Below are positions 14,445 to 25,989 of a stretch of 36,369 nucleotides of DNA, in pieces. Numbering within the stretch: the stretch's first letter is position 1; the number at the start of each line of letters is the position of its first letter. This stretch comes from Bacteroidales bacterium (GTDB taxonomy: Bacteria > Bacteroidota > Bacteroidia > Bacteroidales > JAIORY01): positions 1-36,369 of the forward strand of contig DAOVNY010000001.1 of assembly GCA_030630005.1 (NCBI GenBank), in the 5' to 3' direction. The notes below the pieces were generated by a model. The model searched no databases. It was not told the DNA's origin and was given only the letters and a program-made list of their open reading frames with translations. The position numbers were made by a program, and so were the translations under genes.

Positions 14445-17000
14445 TTACTCATCTGTATTTTCACTTTCACTATTTTCGTTATCAATATTGTTATTTTCAT
14501 TACTCTCATTTAAACTAACGGTTGAAGCATCACCATTATTTTCATCATTATCGCCATTTACTTCAACAAATACTTTTGCAACAGAAGCAATTGCATCATC
14601 ATCTTTAAGCTTAATAAGGCGAACTCCCTGAGTTGCTCTACCCATAACGCGAAGATCGGCAACGGGTAACCGGATTAAAATTCCTGCCATAGTAATAATC
14701 ATAAGATCATCATTATCCAGTACATCTTTAATAGATATGAGATTACCTGTTTTTTCTGTAATATTAATGGTTTTTACGCCTTTTCCTCCCCTGTTTGTAA
14801 TTCTGTAATCATCAAGTTTAGAACGTTTTCCGTATCCATTTTCCGAAACTACCAGTACATCCGATTCTCCATTTTGAAAGCAAACCATTCCTATTACTTC
14901 ATCTTTATCATTTGCCAGTCTAATTCCTCTCACTCCGGCAGCATTTCTTCCCATCGGTCTAACATTTTTCTCATTAAAGCGAATTGCCTTTCCTGATTTC
15001 AGAGCAATCATAATTTCGCTATTCCCGTTAGTTAATCTTGCTTCCATCAAGTGATCAGTATCCTTGATGGTAATTGCATTAATACCATTTTGTCTTGGGC
15101 GTGAATATGCTTCAAGCGAAGTTTTCTTAATTGTTCCTTTCTTAGTTCCCAGAATAATATAATTATTATTCAGGTAATCTTCATCATTAAGATTATCAAC
15201 ATTAATATATGCTCTAACAACATCTTCTTTTGCAATATTTATAAGGTTTTGAATAGCTCTGCCTTTTGTTGCTTTTGCACCTTCTGGTATCTCGAATACT
15301 CTAAGCCAGAAACATTTACCAAGTTCAGTAAAAAGCAAAAGATAATTATGTGTGCTGGCAACAAACAAATGCTCAAGAAAGTCCTCTCCCCTTTTGGCAC
15401 TACCTCTGGATCCTCTTCCGCCGCGTTTTTGCTGACGATATTCGGTTAGTTTTGTTCGTTTAACATATCCCAAATGAGAAATTGTAATAACTACTTCTTC
15501 GTTTGGAATTGTGTCTTCTATTTTAAAGTCTTCAGCTGAATATTCAATGGTGCATCTTCTCTCATCACCATATTTTTCCTTTATTTCGAGCAACTCTTCT
15601 TTAATAATATCCTTTCTCATATCTTCACTGGCGAGAATATTTTTCAAATGCTCAATAAGTTTTAATAATTCGTCATAATCAGCTTTAATTTTTTCTCTTT
15701 CAAGTCCGGTAAGCTTTTGTAATCGCATATCCAGAATTGCTTTTGCCTGAATTTCAGTAAGTTTAAATTGTTCAATTAAACCATTTTTTGCTTCTTCCGG
15801 TGTTCTTGATGCTCTTATCAAAGCAATAACTTTGTCAAGATTATCAAGTGCAATCATCAAACCTTCAAGAATATGTGCTTTCTTTTCAGCCTGATTTAAT
15901 TCGTATTGTGTCCTGCGGGTAACTACTTCAAATCTATGGTCAACAAATAGTTTGACCATATCTTTTAAATTCAATAATTTAGGTCGTCCTTTAACAAGTG
16001 CAATATTATTAACACTAAACGAACTTTGAAGTTGAGTATATTGATAAAGTTTATTGAGAACAACATTTGTAATTGCATCTCTTTTAAGTTCGTAAACAAT
16101 TCTCATTCCATCTTTATCAGATTCATCACGAATATCCGATATTCCTTCAATCTTTTTATCGATAACAAGTTCAGCAGTTCTTTTTATCATTTCTGCTTTG
16201 TTGACCTGGTATGGAATTGATGAAGCAATTATTCTTTCTCTTCCCGAAGATGTTTCTTCAATAGTAGTATTACCTCTTACTACGATTCTTCCTCTTCCTG
16301 TTTCAAAAGCGTTTTTAACTCCTTCGTACCCATATATTATACCTCCAATAGGAAAATCAGGAGCTTTAATATATTTCATCAATCCGGCAACATCAATATC
16401 ATTATCGAAAATATATGCAATTGTTCCGTCAATAATTTCATTGATATTATGAGGTGCCATATTTGTTGCCATACCAACTGCAATACCCGAAGCCCCATTA
16501 ATAAGGAGATTAGGTATTCTGGTTGGCAGAACAACAGGTTCTTTTAATGTATCATCAAAATTGAGTTGAAAATTAACAGTATCTTTATCTATATCAGAAA
16601 GTATGTCCTCAGCCATTTTTTGCATTTTAGCTTCGGTATAACGCATAGCTGCGGGGCTATCACCATCTATTGATCCAAAGTTACCCTGTCCGTTAACCAA
16701 AGGATATCTTAAAGACCAATCCTGAGACATTCTAACCATAGCATCATAAACCGAAGTATCACCGTGAGGATGATACTTACCTAACACCTCCCCTACTATT
16801 CTTGCTGATTTTTTGAACGAACGATTTGCATATACTCCAAGTTCGTGCATCCCGAATAAAACACGGCGATGAACCGGTTTCAAACCATCACGTACATCAG
16901 GTAAAGCCCGCGATACAATTACCGACATTGAATAGTCAATATACGCCGATTTCATCTGATTTTCAATGTTAACTTTTATAACTTTTCCTTCTTCCTGCAT
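14445..17000 (-). CDS. gyrA: DNA gyrase subunit A
   Basis: [17 protein letters not shown] and AAMRYTEAK (catalytic Tyr), followed by beta-pinwheel C-terminal repeats. The tail is acidic and Asn-rich. Confidence 0.97.
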   Translation of the reverse strand: MQEEGKVIKVNIENQMKSAYIDYSMSVIVSRALPDVRDGLKPVHRRVLFGMHELGVYANRSFKKSARIVGEVLGKYHPHGDTSVYDAMVRMSQDWSLRYPLVNGQGNFGSIDGDSPAAMRYTEAKMQKMAEDILSDIDKDTVNFQLNFDDTLKEPVVLPTRIPNLLINGASGIAVGMATNMAPHNINEIIDGTIAYIFDNDIDVAGLMKYIKAPDFPIGGIIYGYEGVKNAFETGRGRIVVRGNTTIEETSSGRERIIASSIPYQVNKAEMIKRTAELVIDKKIEGISDIRDESDKDGMRIVYELKRDAITNVVLNKLYQYTQLQSSFSVNNIALVKGRPKLLNLKDMVKLFVDHRFEVVTRRTQYELNQAEKKAHILEGLMIALDNLDKVIALIRASRTPEEAKNGLIEQFKLTEIQAKAILDMRLQKLTGLEREKIKADYDELLKLIEHLKNILASEDMRKDIIKEELLEIKEKYGDERRCTIEYSAEDFKIEDTIPNEEVVITISHLGYVKRTKLTEYRQQKRGGRGSRGSAKRGEDFLEHLFVASTHNYLLLFTELGKCFWLRVFEIPEGAKATKGRAIQNLINIAKEDVVRAYINVDNLNDEDYLNNNYIILGTKKGTIKKTSLEAYSRPRQNGINAITIKDTDHLMEARLTNGNSEIMIALKSGKAIRFNEKNVRPMGRNAAGVRGIRLANDKDEVIGMVCFQNGESDVLVVSENGYGKRSKLDDYRITNRGGKGVKTINITEKTGNLISIKDVLDNDDLMIITMAGILIRLPVADLRVMGRATQGVRLIKLKDDDAIASVAKVFVEVNGDNDENNGDASTVSLNESNENNNIDNENSESENTDE

Positions 17001-17152
17001 TTTTTCTCTATTCTACTTGTTTTTAATTACTTAGCTATTTTTTAGCAAAGGATACGAAATTACAAATAATTACTGTAACATAAGCTATTTTGGAGGTTTT
17101 TATTATGAACAGATTTCTGTTAATAATTATTGCTTTCGATAAAAAAAAATTA

Positions 17153-17160
17153 TAATTTTG
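17153..17160 (+). promoter_or_regulatory. Candidate -7 promoter box TAATTTTG for clpC
   Basis: Exact TAnnTTTG match 41 nt upstream of the ATG at 17201. Confidence 0.35.
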
Positions 17161-17200
17161 TATTTACTTTTGGTCTTAATAGATTTTAGAAGAAAAACTA

Positions 17201-19735
17201 ATGGAAGCAAAATTTTCACAAAGAGTAAAAAACGTATTATCATACAGTCGCGAAGAGGCAATCAGGCTTGGAAATGATTATATCGGACTTGAACACTTGA
17301 TATTAGGAGTTATCCGTGAAGGACAGGGAATGGCTGTTCAAATAATGTCGGACTTTAATATTGATCTCAATAATTTCAAAACAGAAATTGAGACATCAAT
17401 ATCATCAAATAATAATTCTGATAAAAAACCCGAAAATATTCCACTCATTAAACAGGCAGAAAGGGCATTAAAGATAACATATCTCGAAGCTAAAATTTTT
17501 AGGAGTGACCTTATCGGAACAGAACATTTATTGCTTGCCATACTGAAAGACGAAAATAATCTGGTCACAAAATCATTTCATAAAAAAGGAATAGATTATC
17601 AGTCGGTTAAGGAAGAAGTTAAAGCTATTATTACTAATAAAGACGGGCATATAGATCCAAAAGGTGAACTTCCCGGCGGTACTGCAAGCGACGATCCGGA
17701 GGAAGGAAAAGGTATTTCTAAAGGATCGAAGAAATTTTCAGATTCGAAATCAAAAACTCCGGTACTTGATAATTTTGGTCGTAATATTACAAAAATGGCT
17801 GAAGAAGATCGCCTCGATCCTCTTGTAGGACGGGAAAAAGAACTCGAAAGAATAGCACAGATATTAAGTCGTCGTAAAAAAAATAATCCTATCCTTATCG
17901 GAGAACCCGGTGTTGGCAAATCTGCTATTGCCGAAGGATTAGCTACAAAGATTGTAGAAAGGAAAGTTTCGAGAGCATTGTTTAATAAAACAATCGTTAC
18001 ACTTGATCTTGCTTCCATGGTTGCCGGAACAAAATATCGTGGACAATTTGAAGAGAGGATGAAAGCCGTTTTAAATGAACTGGAAAAAAATCCAGATATT
18101 ATTTTATTTATTGATGAATTGCATACTATTGTTGGAGCCGGGAATGCTGCCGGTTCGCTTGACGCATCAAATATGTTTAAACCTGCTCTTGCACGTGGCG
18201 AACTTCAATGTATTGGTGCCACAACTCTTGATGAATACCGACAACACATAGAAAAAGACGGAGCTTTAGAACGCCGTTTTCAGAAAATAATTGTTGACCC
18301 GACTACTCCTGAAGAAACTATTGAAATACTTAATAATATAAAGGAAAAATACGAAGATCATCATCTGGTACATTATACTGCTGAAGCAATTAATGCTTGT
18401 GTAAATCTGACAAACAGATACATGAGCGAAAGATACCTGCCGGATAAAGCTATTGATGCACTTGATGAAGCAGGTTCAAGGGTTCACATCAAAAACATAC
18501 ATGTTCCTGTTGAAATAATTAAAATTGAAAACAGTATTGAAGAAACAAAAAAACATAAAACCAATGCAATAAGCAGTCAGAAATTTGAAGAAGCTGCTCA
18601 ATATCGTGATATAGAAAGAAAGTTACAGGATGAACTGGAAGTTGCAAAGCGTAATTGGGAAGATGAATCAAAAATTAATCGTGAAATTGTTGATGAAGAG
18701 AATGTTGCCGAGGTTGTTGCAATGATGACAGGTGTTCCTGTACAACGTATAGCACAAAACGAAGGTGAACGGCTTATAAATATGGAAAGTGAACTTGAAG
18801 AATCGGTTATCGGACAAAATAATGCCGTAAAAAAGATAACGAGTGCAATTCGTAGAAACCGTGCCGGTTTGAAAGACCCGCAAAAACCTATAGGATCATT
18901 TATCTTCCTGGGACCTACCGGTGTAGGAAAAACCTATCTTGCCAAAGTATTAGCCAAATATTTATTCGATACTGAAGAAGCTCTTGTAAGGGTTGATATG
19001 AGTGAATATATGGAAAAATTTGCCGTTTCAAGACTTATTGGAGCACCTCCAGGATATGTTGGTTATGAAGAAGGTGGACAACTTACAGAGAAAGTAAGAC
19101 GTAAACCCTACTCTATCATTCTATTAGATGAAATTGAAAAAGCTCATCCCGATGTTTTCCATATCCTTTTACAAGTTATGGATGATGGTGTACTTACTGA
19201 TAGCTATGGACGAAAAGTTGACTTTAAGAATACAATAATCATAATGACTTCAAATATTGGTTCGCGAGAGCTTAAAGATTTCGGACAAGGAGTTGGTTTT
19301 AGTACTTCTGCAAAAAAATCTACCAAAGCAAATTATGCACAGGGTGTTATCCAAAATGCTCTTAAAAAATCATTCGCTCCTGAATTTCTTAACAGAGTTG
19401 ATGATATTGTGATCTTTGATTCGTTAGAACGGGAAGACATTCATAAAATAATTGATATAGAATTACATCATCTGTACAACAGAATAAACGAGCTTGGTTA
19501 TAATATTAACATTACTAAAAAAGCCAAAGATTTTATTATTGATAAAGGCTGGGATGCACAATTTGGTGCAAGACCTCTAAAACGTGCCATTCAAAAACAT
19601 GTTGAAGATCCTCTTGCTGAAGCGATTATCAAAGCCAAACTTCATAAAGGCGATAATATCATCATTGATTTTAATAAAAAAGATAATGAAATAAAGATCA
19701 AGATAAAAACGAAAGCAAAGGAAGTTAAGAAATAA
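17201..19735 (+). CDS. clpC: ATP-dependent Clp protease ATP-binding subunit ClpC (class I AAA+)
   Basis: Clp_N repeats; Walker A GEPGVGKS and GPTGVGKT; a UVR-like linker QKFEEAAQYRDIERKL; sensor motif GARPLKR. Confidence 0.93.
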   Translation: MEAKFSQRVKNVLSYSREEAIRLGNDYIGLEHLILGVIREGQGMAVQIMSDFNIDLNNFKTEIETSISSNNNSDKKPENIPLIKQAERALKITYLEAKIFRSDLIGTEHLLLAILKDENNLVTKSFHKKGIDYQSVKEEVKAIITNKDGHIDPKGELPGGTASDDPEEGKGISKGSKKFSDSKSKTPVLDNFGRNITKMAEEDRLDPLVGREKELERIAQILSRRKKNNPILIGEPGVGKSAIAEGLATKIVERKVSRALFNKTIVTLDLASMVAGTKYRGQFEERMKAVLNELEKNPDIILFIDELHTIVGAGNAAGSLDASNMFKPALARGELQCIGATTLDEYRQHIEKDGALERRFQKIIVDPTTPEETIEILNNIKEKYEDHHLVHYTAEAINACVNLTNRYMSERYLPDKAIDALDEAGSRVHIKNIHVPVEIIKIENSIEETKKHKTNAISSQKFEEAAQYRDIERKLQDELEVAKRNWEDESKINREIVDEENVAEVVAMMTGVPVQRIAQNEGERLINMESELEESVIGQNNAVKKITSAIRRNRAGLKDPQKPIGSFIFLGPTGVGKTYLAKVLAKYLFDTEEALVRVDMSEYMEKFAVSRLIGAPPGYVGYEEGGQLTEKVRRKPYSIILLDEIEKAHPDVFHILLQVMDDGVLTDSYGRKVDFKNTIIIMTSNIGSRELKDFGQGVGFSTSAKKSTKANYAQGVIQNALKKSFAPEFLNRVDDIVIFDSLEREDIHKIIDIELHHLYNRINELGYNINITKKAKDFIIDKGWDAQFGARPLKRAIQKHVEDPLAEAIIKAKLHKGDNIIIDFNKKDNEIKIKIKTKAKEVKK

Positions 19736-19753
19736 CTTAAAATATAAAATCTA

Positions 19754-21616
19754 TTATTTTCTAAAGTCTCTGATCCTACCTGCTTTCTTTCTTGTATTTG
19801 GGAATTTTAAATCATAGAAAATATTAACATAATAAGTTAAAGTATCTTTCAAATCTTTTCTATTCACAAGTTCATGAATCTTTTTTGTTTCATAAAGTTT
19901 ATTTGTAGTAACAATATCTCTGTCAACCTCAAAACCCGCACCTGTAACCACTCTTGGTCCGGCAAATTCAACAAGTCCACCTTTTTCGCCTATAATAATG
20001 TCTCCCTGGGTTACATAACTTGCATAAGCTCCTCCTGTAGTTGGTCCGGCAATAACTGATAAATACAATATCCCTTCTTTTTTAAGGTCTAATAATGACA
20101 TATTCATTTTAGCCATCTGCGCAAGAGCCATAGGACCTTCATTCATCCTTGCACCACCCGAAGAACAAACAGAAATAAACGGATATTTATTTTTAATGGC
20201 AAAGTCAACAGCTCTTTTAAATTTTTCGCCAAACACAGCACCAAAAGAACCCCCAATAAATTGTATGTCAGTCAATACAAGAACAATGTCTCTGCCGTTT
20301 ATTTTAGCAGTACCTGTAACCAGACTCTCGTTAGAAAAGCATTTATCCTGCATTCTTTCAAGTAAGCTTTTGTACTTACCAAAATTATATCTGTCACTAC
20401 CAAATAATTGATAAATATTCAGATCATTTTCACTTTCAATATATGTATCTTTATCACATATCTTCTCAATTTGTTCATCAATACTCAGGTATTCTCCTTT
20501 TCCGCATTTTGGGCAAGCGTAATAATTGTCAACATATTTCTTATAAGAAACAAAGCCACATCCACCTGCAACTCTGAATAAATTTTGCTTTGGCTCCCAT
20601 TCTTTAATGCATTCATATAATTCGGTTTCATCAATACCCTTTTTTTCCAAATGCGCTTTTATTAATAATTGATAATAAAAATCTTCGCGTTCAATATCAA
20701 CTCTTTCTTTATCTGTATGAGGTTTTCTATTAGTTATTCTTTTAACAAGTTTTCCCAACTTATTATAAAATTCTCCATAATTCAGCACTTTCTCTCTTCT
20801 CTCTTTCAATAATTTTTTAATAATTTTCTTTTTTACAACTTTTTTCCCGCTTTTATAATGTGTTACAAATTCATTTAATTCTTTGGATACAGAATTTTTT
20901 ATAGTATTAATTGTAAATTCATAATTGGTATGAGCACCTTTTTCATTTTCAGGTAGTATTTCATCAATCATGCCAATATCTCTGATATGTTCCGCTCCCG
21001 GTTGCAATACTTCCAAAGCATCCGGTAATGTAGCATCCAGTTCTTCACCGGCAGCCAATCTTTTATGGAATATAATACGGCTACAGCTTTCAGGAGCAAT
21101 TACTGAATAAAGTGCATTTTCTAACATAAAGCCTTTGTCGGCTATTTGTATTGCTAATGCTCCACCACTGCCACCTTCGCCAATAACATAAGATAGTGTA
21201 GGAACTTTAAGTCCACAAAACTTGCTGATACAGTCGGATATCAAAAATGACTGTCCGCCCATTTCCGATTCCATTGAGCTGTTTCCGCCAAAAGTATCTA
21301 TAAATGATATTACAGGAGTGTTGTTTTCTTCCGCTTCATCCAAAATATCAAGAATAAATCCATGACCTTCCGAAGTTACCATTCCGGTTGCTTTGCTTTT
21401 TTTTCCCTGTCTTCTTTTCTCCTGTCCAAGTATTATACATTGAATTTTGTCGATAGTACCTCTCGCAACAATTAGAGAAGGATCAGGTGATTTGTAGTAT
21501 GATATTTTTTCAAAGACACCTTTAATAACATCAGAACTTCTTATTCTTTTAGGATGTCTGATTAAATCATATCGTTCAATTAACGTTTTTTTTGGTGTAA
21601 TTTCTTTTTTTCTCAT
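19754..21616 (-). CDS. Fused acetyl-CoA carboxylase carboxyltransferase, alpha (AccA-like) N-terminal half + beta (AccD-like) C-terminal half
   Basis: N-terminal half: IRHPKR.., FIDTFGG, VIGEGGSGGALAI, YSVIAPESC. C-terminal half: ACPKCGK, FIGGSFG, SSGGARMNEG, MAQMAKM, GPTTGGAYASY. A Lys-rich linker of roughly 110 aa joins them. Confidence 0.85.
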   Translation of the reverse strand: MRKKEITPKKTLIERYDLIRHPKRIRSSDVIKGVFEKISYYKSPDPSLIVARGTIDKIQCIILGQEKRRQGKKSKATGMVTSEGHGFILDILDEAEENNTPVISFIDTFGGNSSMESEMGGQSFLISDCISKFCGLKVPTLSYVIGEGGSGGALAIQIADKGFMLENALYSVIAPESCSRIIFHKRLAAGEELDATLPDALEVLQPGAEHIRDIGMIDEILPENEKGAHTNYEFTINTIKNSVSKELNEFVTHYKSGKKVVKKKIIKKLLKERREKVLNYGEFYNKLGKLVKRITNRKPHTDKERVDIEREDFYYQLLIKAHLEKKGIDETELYECIKEWEPKQNLFRVAGGCGFVSYKKYVDNYYACPKCGKGEYLSIDEQIEKICDKDTYIESENDLNIYQLFGSDRYNFGKYKSLLERMQDKCFSNESLVTGTAKINGRDIVLVLTDIQFIGGSFGAVFGEKFKRAVDFAIKNKYPFISVCSSGGARMNEGPMALAQMAKMNMSLLDLKKEGILYLSVIAGPTTGGAYASYVTQGDIIIGEKGGLVEFAGPRVVTGAGFEVDRDIVTTNKLYETKKIHELVNRKDLKDTLTYYVNIFYDLKFPNTRKKAGRIRDFRK

Positions 21617-21882
21617 TATTGACTAATAATTAGTTGTAAATCAATATTTTTTGAAGGATTTAAAGAATTTGTGATTTATTTTTCCCGTTTATAATTCTTT
21701 AATTAAGTCCCAAAATTAGAAAAGAAATGTAAAAAACAAAGAATAATGATAAAAAAATACGGTTTGGCAAATATTTTTAATACAGAGATAGCTTATAAAA
21801 TCTTGAATTTGTGTTTATAAGCAGTATTAATTCAGGAATATTTTTTTGTGATTTTTGCAAATATCATTGAGTTTGGCTTTTA

Positions 21883-21929
21883 TATCTTTGTTTTCGTTAC
21901 TTACATATTTAATTTCTTTTTTATCTTTG
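21883..21929 (+). promoter_or_regulatory. Two TATCTTTG (-7 type TAnnTTTG) boxes upstream of the acyl-CoA dehydrogenase gene
   Basis: Exact matches at 21883-21890 and 21922-21929 in the 394-nt divergent intergenic region. Confidence 0.3.
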
Positions 21930-22010
21930 CAGCCAATTTATAGTATTGTTATTAATAGAATGATACTTAGAACTGATTAATTAACAATATTTTAACCAAT
22001 ATTTCTTATT

Positions 22011-23813
22011 ATGAAAAACAATCAACTACCAAAAGGCGGTGAATTTCTGTTACAGGAAACTAAAGCAGAAAATGTATTTATTCCTGAAGAATTTGATGAA
22101 GAACAACAAATGATTGTCCAGACTTGTGAAGATTTTCTTGAAGCTGAAATATATCCAAATATGGAAAGAATTGACGAAAAAGAGCATGGTCTTATGGAAG
22201 ACCTTCTAAAAAAAGCAGGTGAACTTGGATTACTTGGAATTTCTGTTCCTGAAGAATATGAAGGTTTTGACCAAGGCTTTATTACTTCAATGAAATCGAA
22301 CGAAGCCATGGGTTCAGCAGCTTCCTATTCAGTTGCCATGATAGCTCATACAGGAATTGGCACTCTCCCGATTTTATATTATGGAAATGAAGAGCAAAAA
22401 GCAAAATATATTCCTAAATTAGCAACCGGAGAATTACTTGCATCTTATTGTCTTACAGAACCCGGTGCCGGATCTGATGCTAATTCAGGAAAAACCAAAG
22501 CAGTTCTTTCTAAAGATGGAAAGCATTATATTCTTAACGGACAAAAAATGTGGATCACTAATGGTGGTTTTGCTGATGTCCAGACTGTTTTTGCCAAGAT
22601 CGACAACGACAGAGTTTTAAGTGCTTTTATAGTTGAAAAAAATTGGGAAGGTATAACCTTAAATCCTGAAGAAAAGAAAATGGGTATAAAAGGATCTTCT
22701 ACAGTTCAGATATTTTATAATGATGTAAAAGTACCTGTCGAAAATCTACTTGGTAAAAGAGGTGAAGGATTCAGAATTGCACTGAATATTTTACATATTG
22801 GAAGAATAAAACTTGGTGCAACTGTTATCGGTGCCGCAAAACGCACTATCACACAATCAGTAAACTATGCAAATGAAAGAAAACAGTTTACTCAACTTAT
22901 TTCAAGCTTCCCGATTATAAAGCATAAATTAGCTGAGCAGGTAATTAAAACATACACAACCGAATCTGCTGTTTACAGGGCAAGCAAAGATATTGAAGAT
23001 ACAATAGAGCAATACATAAATGAGGGAATGGAAAAGGGCGAAGCTAATATTAAAGGAGCTGCTCAATTTGCTATTGAATGTGCTTTATTAAAAGTTTATG
23101 GTTCCGAAGCTCTTGATTATATTGTTGACGAAGCTGTCCAAATTTTTGGTGGAATGGGATTCTCATCCGAAACACCTATTGAGAGATCTTATCGCGATTC
23201 GAGAATAAACAGGATATTTGAAGGAACTAACGAAATTAACAGATTATTGATGGTTGACACTGTCCTGAAACGTTCAATGAAAGGCGAAATTGATCTTTTT
23301 GCAAGAGCTAAACAAGTTGTTGATGAACTGAACAAAATCAGTGAACACGAATTTGAGTTAAAAAGTTATTACGAAACCAAACACGAAAACATAGATAATT
23401 TCAAAAAGGCAATCTTGTTAGTTCTTGGTAATGGACAGGAAAAATTTAAAAGAAAGTTTATGTTTGAACAAGAAATCTGGATGAATATTGCAGATATGAT
23501 TATACCTTTATATGCTGCAGAATCTACTCTTCTAAGAGTTGAAAAATTAGAAATGTTGCATGAAGATGATGAAAATGCAGATAATAGAGAATTAAAACTC
23601 GCAAAAGATATTCTTAATGTTTATATTTACGATGCTGCTGATACTATATACAAAGCAGGTGCTGATGCAGTTAATTCATTCTGTCAGGGTAAAGAGCAGC
23701 AATTAATGCTTAAGGCATTAAATAACTTTACAAAAGTTGCAGCTGTAAACACTAAAATTGCCAGAAGAAATATTGCAGACAAACTTATTGAAGAGAATAG
23801 ATATAAGTTTTGA
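22011..23813 (+). CDS. Long-type acyl-CoA dehydrogenase (with extra C-terminal domain)
   Basis: YCLTEPGAGSDA, MWITNGG, GGMGFS and IFEGTNEINR, plus a C-terminal extension of about 180 aa. Confidence 0.9.
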   Translation: MKNNQLPKGGEFLLQETKAENVFIPEEFDEEQQMIVQTCEDFLEAEIYPNMERIDEKEHGLMEDLLKKAGELGLLGISVPEEYEGFDQGFITSMKSNEAMGSAASYSVAMIAHTGIGTLPILYYGNEEQKAKYIPKLATGELLASYCLTEPGAGSDANSGKTKAVLSKDGKHYILNGQKMWITNGGFADVQTVFAKIDNDRVLSAFIVEKNWEGITLNPEEKKMGIKGSSTVQIFYNDVKVPVENLLGKRGEGFRIALNILHIGRIKLGATVIGAAKRTITQSVNYANERKQFTQLISSFPIIKHKLAEQVIKTYTTESAVYRASKDIEDTIEQYINEGMEKGEANIKGAAQFAIECALLKVYGSEALDYIVDEAVQIFGGMGFSSETPIERSYRDSRINRIFEGTNEINRLLMVDTVLKRSMKGEIDLFARAKQVVDELNKISEHEFELKSYYETKHENIDNFKKAILLVLGNGQEKFKRKFMFEQEIWMNIADMIIPLYAAESTLLRVEKLEMLHEDDENADNRELKLAKDILNVYIYDAADTIYKAGADAVNSFCQGKEQQLMLKALNNFTKVAAVNTKIARRNIADKLIEENRYKF

Positions 23814-23846
23814 TTTCTTTTTCAGAAAAATAATACGCAACTATTA

Positions 23847-23893
23847 AGTGCCTAAAGTTTTATTACTTGCCAATTTTAAAAACTTTAGGCACT
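23847..23893. terminator. Bidirectional terminator hairpin between convergent acd genes
   Basis: AGTGCCTAAAGTTTT (23847-23861) is perfectly complementary to AAAACTTTAGGCACT (23879-23893), giving a 15-bp stem and a 17-nt loop. The arms end in T- and A-runs. Confidence 0.6.
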
Positions 23894-23921
23894 CGTAACT
23901 TTAGTTCACTTTAAGTACTTA

Positions 23922-25064
23922 TTATTTCAAAATAGCTTTAGATATCACAATACGTTGAACCTGGTTAGTTCCTTCGTATATCTGACATAATTTGGCATCT
24001 CTCATCATTTTTTCAACCATAAAATCTCGTGAATAACCATCACCACCCATAGCTTGTACAGCATCAGTAGTTACTTTCATACCCATATCAGATGCATAAA
24101 GTTTGGACATAGCAGATAATTTTGAAGCGGATCTATCGCCGTTATCATATTGATAAGCAGCATTCCATGTTAGAAGTCTTGCGGCTTCAATTTCTGTTGC
24201 CATATCAGCTAACATAAATCCAATTGCCTGATTAGCTGCAATAGGTTTTCCAAACTGAACTCTGTTTTTTGTCCAGTCTTTTGCAGTTTCATAGGCAGCT
24301 CTTGCATTTCCAATACTTAAAGCAGCTACACCGGTACGGGTTCTGTCAAAGGTTTTCATAGCATAAATAAAACCCATACCTTCTCTGCCAATTAAATTTT
24401 CTGCAGGTACTTCCACATCATGATAAATAATCTCATTTTGAACAGAAGCTTTTTGACCCATTTTTTGTAGTCTTGGTAAAATTTCTACTCCGGGTAAATC
24501 GGCAGGAACAATAAACGCTGTTAGACTTCTTGATCCTTTTTCCGGATCAGTTTGCGCAAAAACATTATGGAAAGTAGCTACTTCACCATTGGTAATAAAA
24601 CGTTTATGACCATTTAAAATGTATTTATCACCTTTTTTAATTGCAGTAGATTTGATTCCCTGAACATCGGAACCTGCATTAGGCTCAGTTAAACAATATG
24701 CAGCAACACCTTTAATCTCTTTTAGCAAGCCAAAGAATTTTTTATGTTGCTCTTCGTTTCCGCCAAGTAATAATGGTGTTAATGCAAGTGTATTTGCATC
24801 AATTCCAATTCCAATTCCAATACAACCTGCACCTAATTCTTCAGAGGAAAGTGTGCTATCGAAAATCGAATAACCGTTACCTCCATGTTTAACCGGTACA
24901 GGTCCATTCATTAATCCCTCATCATAAGCTTTTTTTACGATTGGCCAAGGGAATTCAGCCAACTCATCATACTTTAATCTGTTTGGAATAATTTCTCTTT
25001 TTGTGAAATCCCGATATTTTTCAATGATTTCTAAATGTCTTTTTTCAAGTGAAAAACCTATCAT
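23922..25064 (-). CDS. Acyl-CoA dehydrogenase (short/butyryl-CoA type)
   Basis: 380 aa with YCLTEPNAGSDV, RFITNG, GGDGYS and IYEGTNQVQR. Confidence 0.92.
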   Translation of the reverse strand: MIGFSLEKRHLEIIEKYRDFTKREIIPNRLKYDELAEFPWPIVKKAYDEGLMNGPVPVKHGGNGYSIFDSTLSSEELGAGCIGIGIGIDANTLALTPLLLGGNEEQHKKFFGLLKEIKGVAAYCLTEPNAGSDVQGIKSTAIKKGDKYILNGHKRFITNGEVATFHNVFAQTDPEKGSRSLTAFIVPADLPGVEILPRLQKMGQKASVQNEIIYHDVEVPAENLIGREGMGFIYAMKTFDRTRTGVAALSIGNARAAYETAKDWTKNRVQFGKPIAANQAIGFMLADMATEIEAARLLTWNAAYQYDNGDRSASKLSAMSKLYASDMGMKVTTDAVQAMGGDGYSRDFMVEKMMRDAKLCQIYEGTNQVQRIVISKAILK

Positions 25065-25155
25065 AATTTTTATCTCTTTATTTATTATTAATTTTTAATA
25101 TTGAATGCAAACTTAAAAAAAATATATCATAAAACACAAAATTAAAAAAAAGTTG

Positions 25156-25989
25156 TTAATCAAACTCTCCTTCAAATGCTTTATTATACATTGTCATAGC
25201 TTTAAGACTCATCCCCATATTAGAAAATCCACCATCGTGAAATAAGTTTTGCATTGTTACTTTTTTGGTAAGATCAGAAAATAAAGTAATGCAATAATTT
25301 GCACATTCCTCAGCCGTAGCATTTCCAAGTGGTGACATTCTATCAGTAAAGTCCATCAATCCGTCAATACCTTTAACTCCGCTTCCTGCAGTTGTCATTG
25401 TTGGAGATTGAGAAATTGTATTAATTCTGATTTTTTTGTCTCTTCCGTAAATATAGCCGAAACTTCTGGCAATTGATTCCAGTAATGATTTTGCATCTGC
25501 CATATCATTATACCCAAATAAAGTTCTTTGAGCGGCAACATACGACAAAGCAACTACTGAACCCCAATTATTTATTGCATCCATTTTATTGGCTACTTGT
25601 AATATTTTGTGGAAAGATATTGCAGAAATATCAATAGTCTTTTTTAGAAAATCATAATTAAGATCATTGTAAACTTTTTTCTTCCTGACATTTAACGACA
25701 TGCCAATGGAATGCAAAATAAAATCTATTTTACCATCGAATTTCTCCATGGTCTTCTTGAATAGGTTTTCAATATCTGCTACATTGGTTGCATCTGCAAG
25801 GATTATTTCGCTATTACACATCTCGGCAAGTTCATCTAATTCTCCAAAACGTAATGCAACAGGAGTATTTGTAAGTGTAAATTCGGCACCTTCTTCATAG
25901 GCTTTTTCTGCAACTTTCCATGCAATGGATTTATTGTCAAGTGCTCCGAATATAATTCCTTTTTTCCCTTTTAATAAGTTATAAGCCAT
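25156..25989 (-). CDS. fabI: Enoyl-[acyl-carrier-protein] reductase (NADH) FabI
   Basis: LLKGKKGIIFGALDNKSIAWKVA Rossmann start, HSIGMS, SYVAAQR..Y..MADAK (Tyr/Lys catalytic pair) and INTISQSP. Confidence 0.9.
   Translation of the reverse strand: MAYNLLKGKKGIIFGALDNKSIAWKVAEKAYEEGAEFTLTNTPVALRFGELDELAEMCNSEIILADATNVADIENLFKKTMEKFDGKIDFILHSIGMSLNVRKKKVYNDLNYDFLKKTIDISAISFHKILQVANKMDAINNWGSVVALSYVAAQRTLFGYNDMADAKSLLESIARSFGYIYGRDKKIRINTISQSPTMTTAGSGVKGIDGLMDFTDRMSPLGNATAEECANYCITLFSDLTKKVTMQNLFHDGGFSNMGMSLKAMTMYNKAFEGEFD

Noticed and set aside
14448-14565. The Asn/Asp/Glu-rich low-complexity C-terminal tail of GyrA
   Set aside because: Acidic GyrA tails are a known, variable feature. This is probably lineage-typical rather than novel.
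22011-25989. The ACC carboxyltransferase, two acyl-CoA dehydrogenases and FabI as an unusual gene cluster
   Set aside because: The genes are in mixed orientations with separate promoters and terminators. All are ordinary lipid-metabolism enzymes, and nothing beyond the AccA-AccD fusion stands out.
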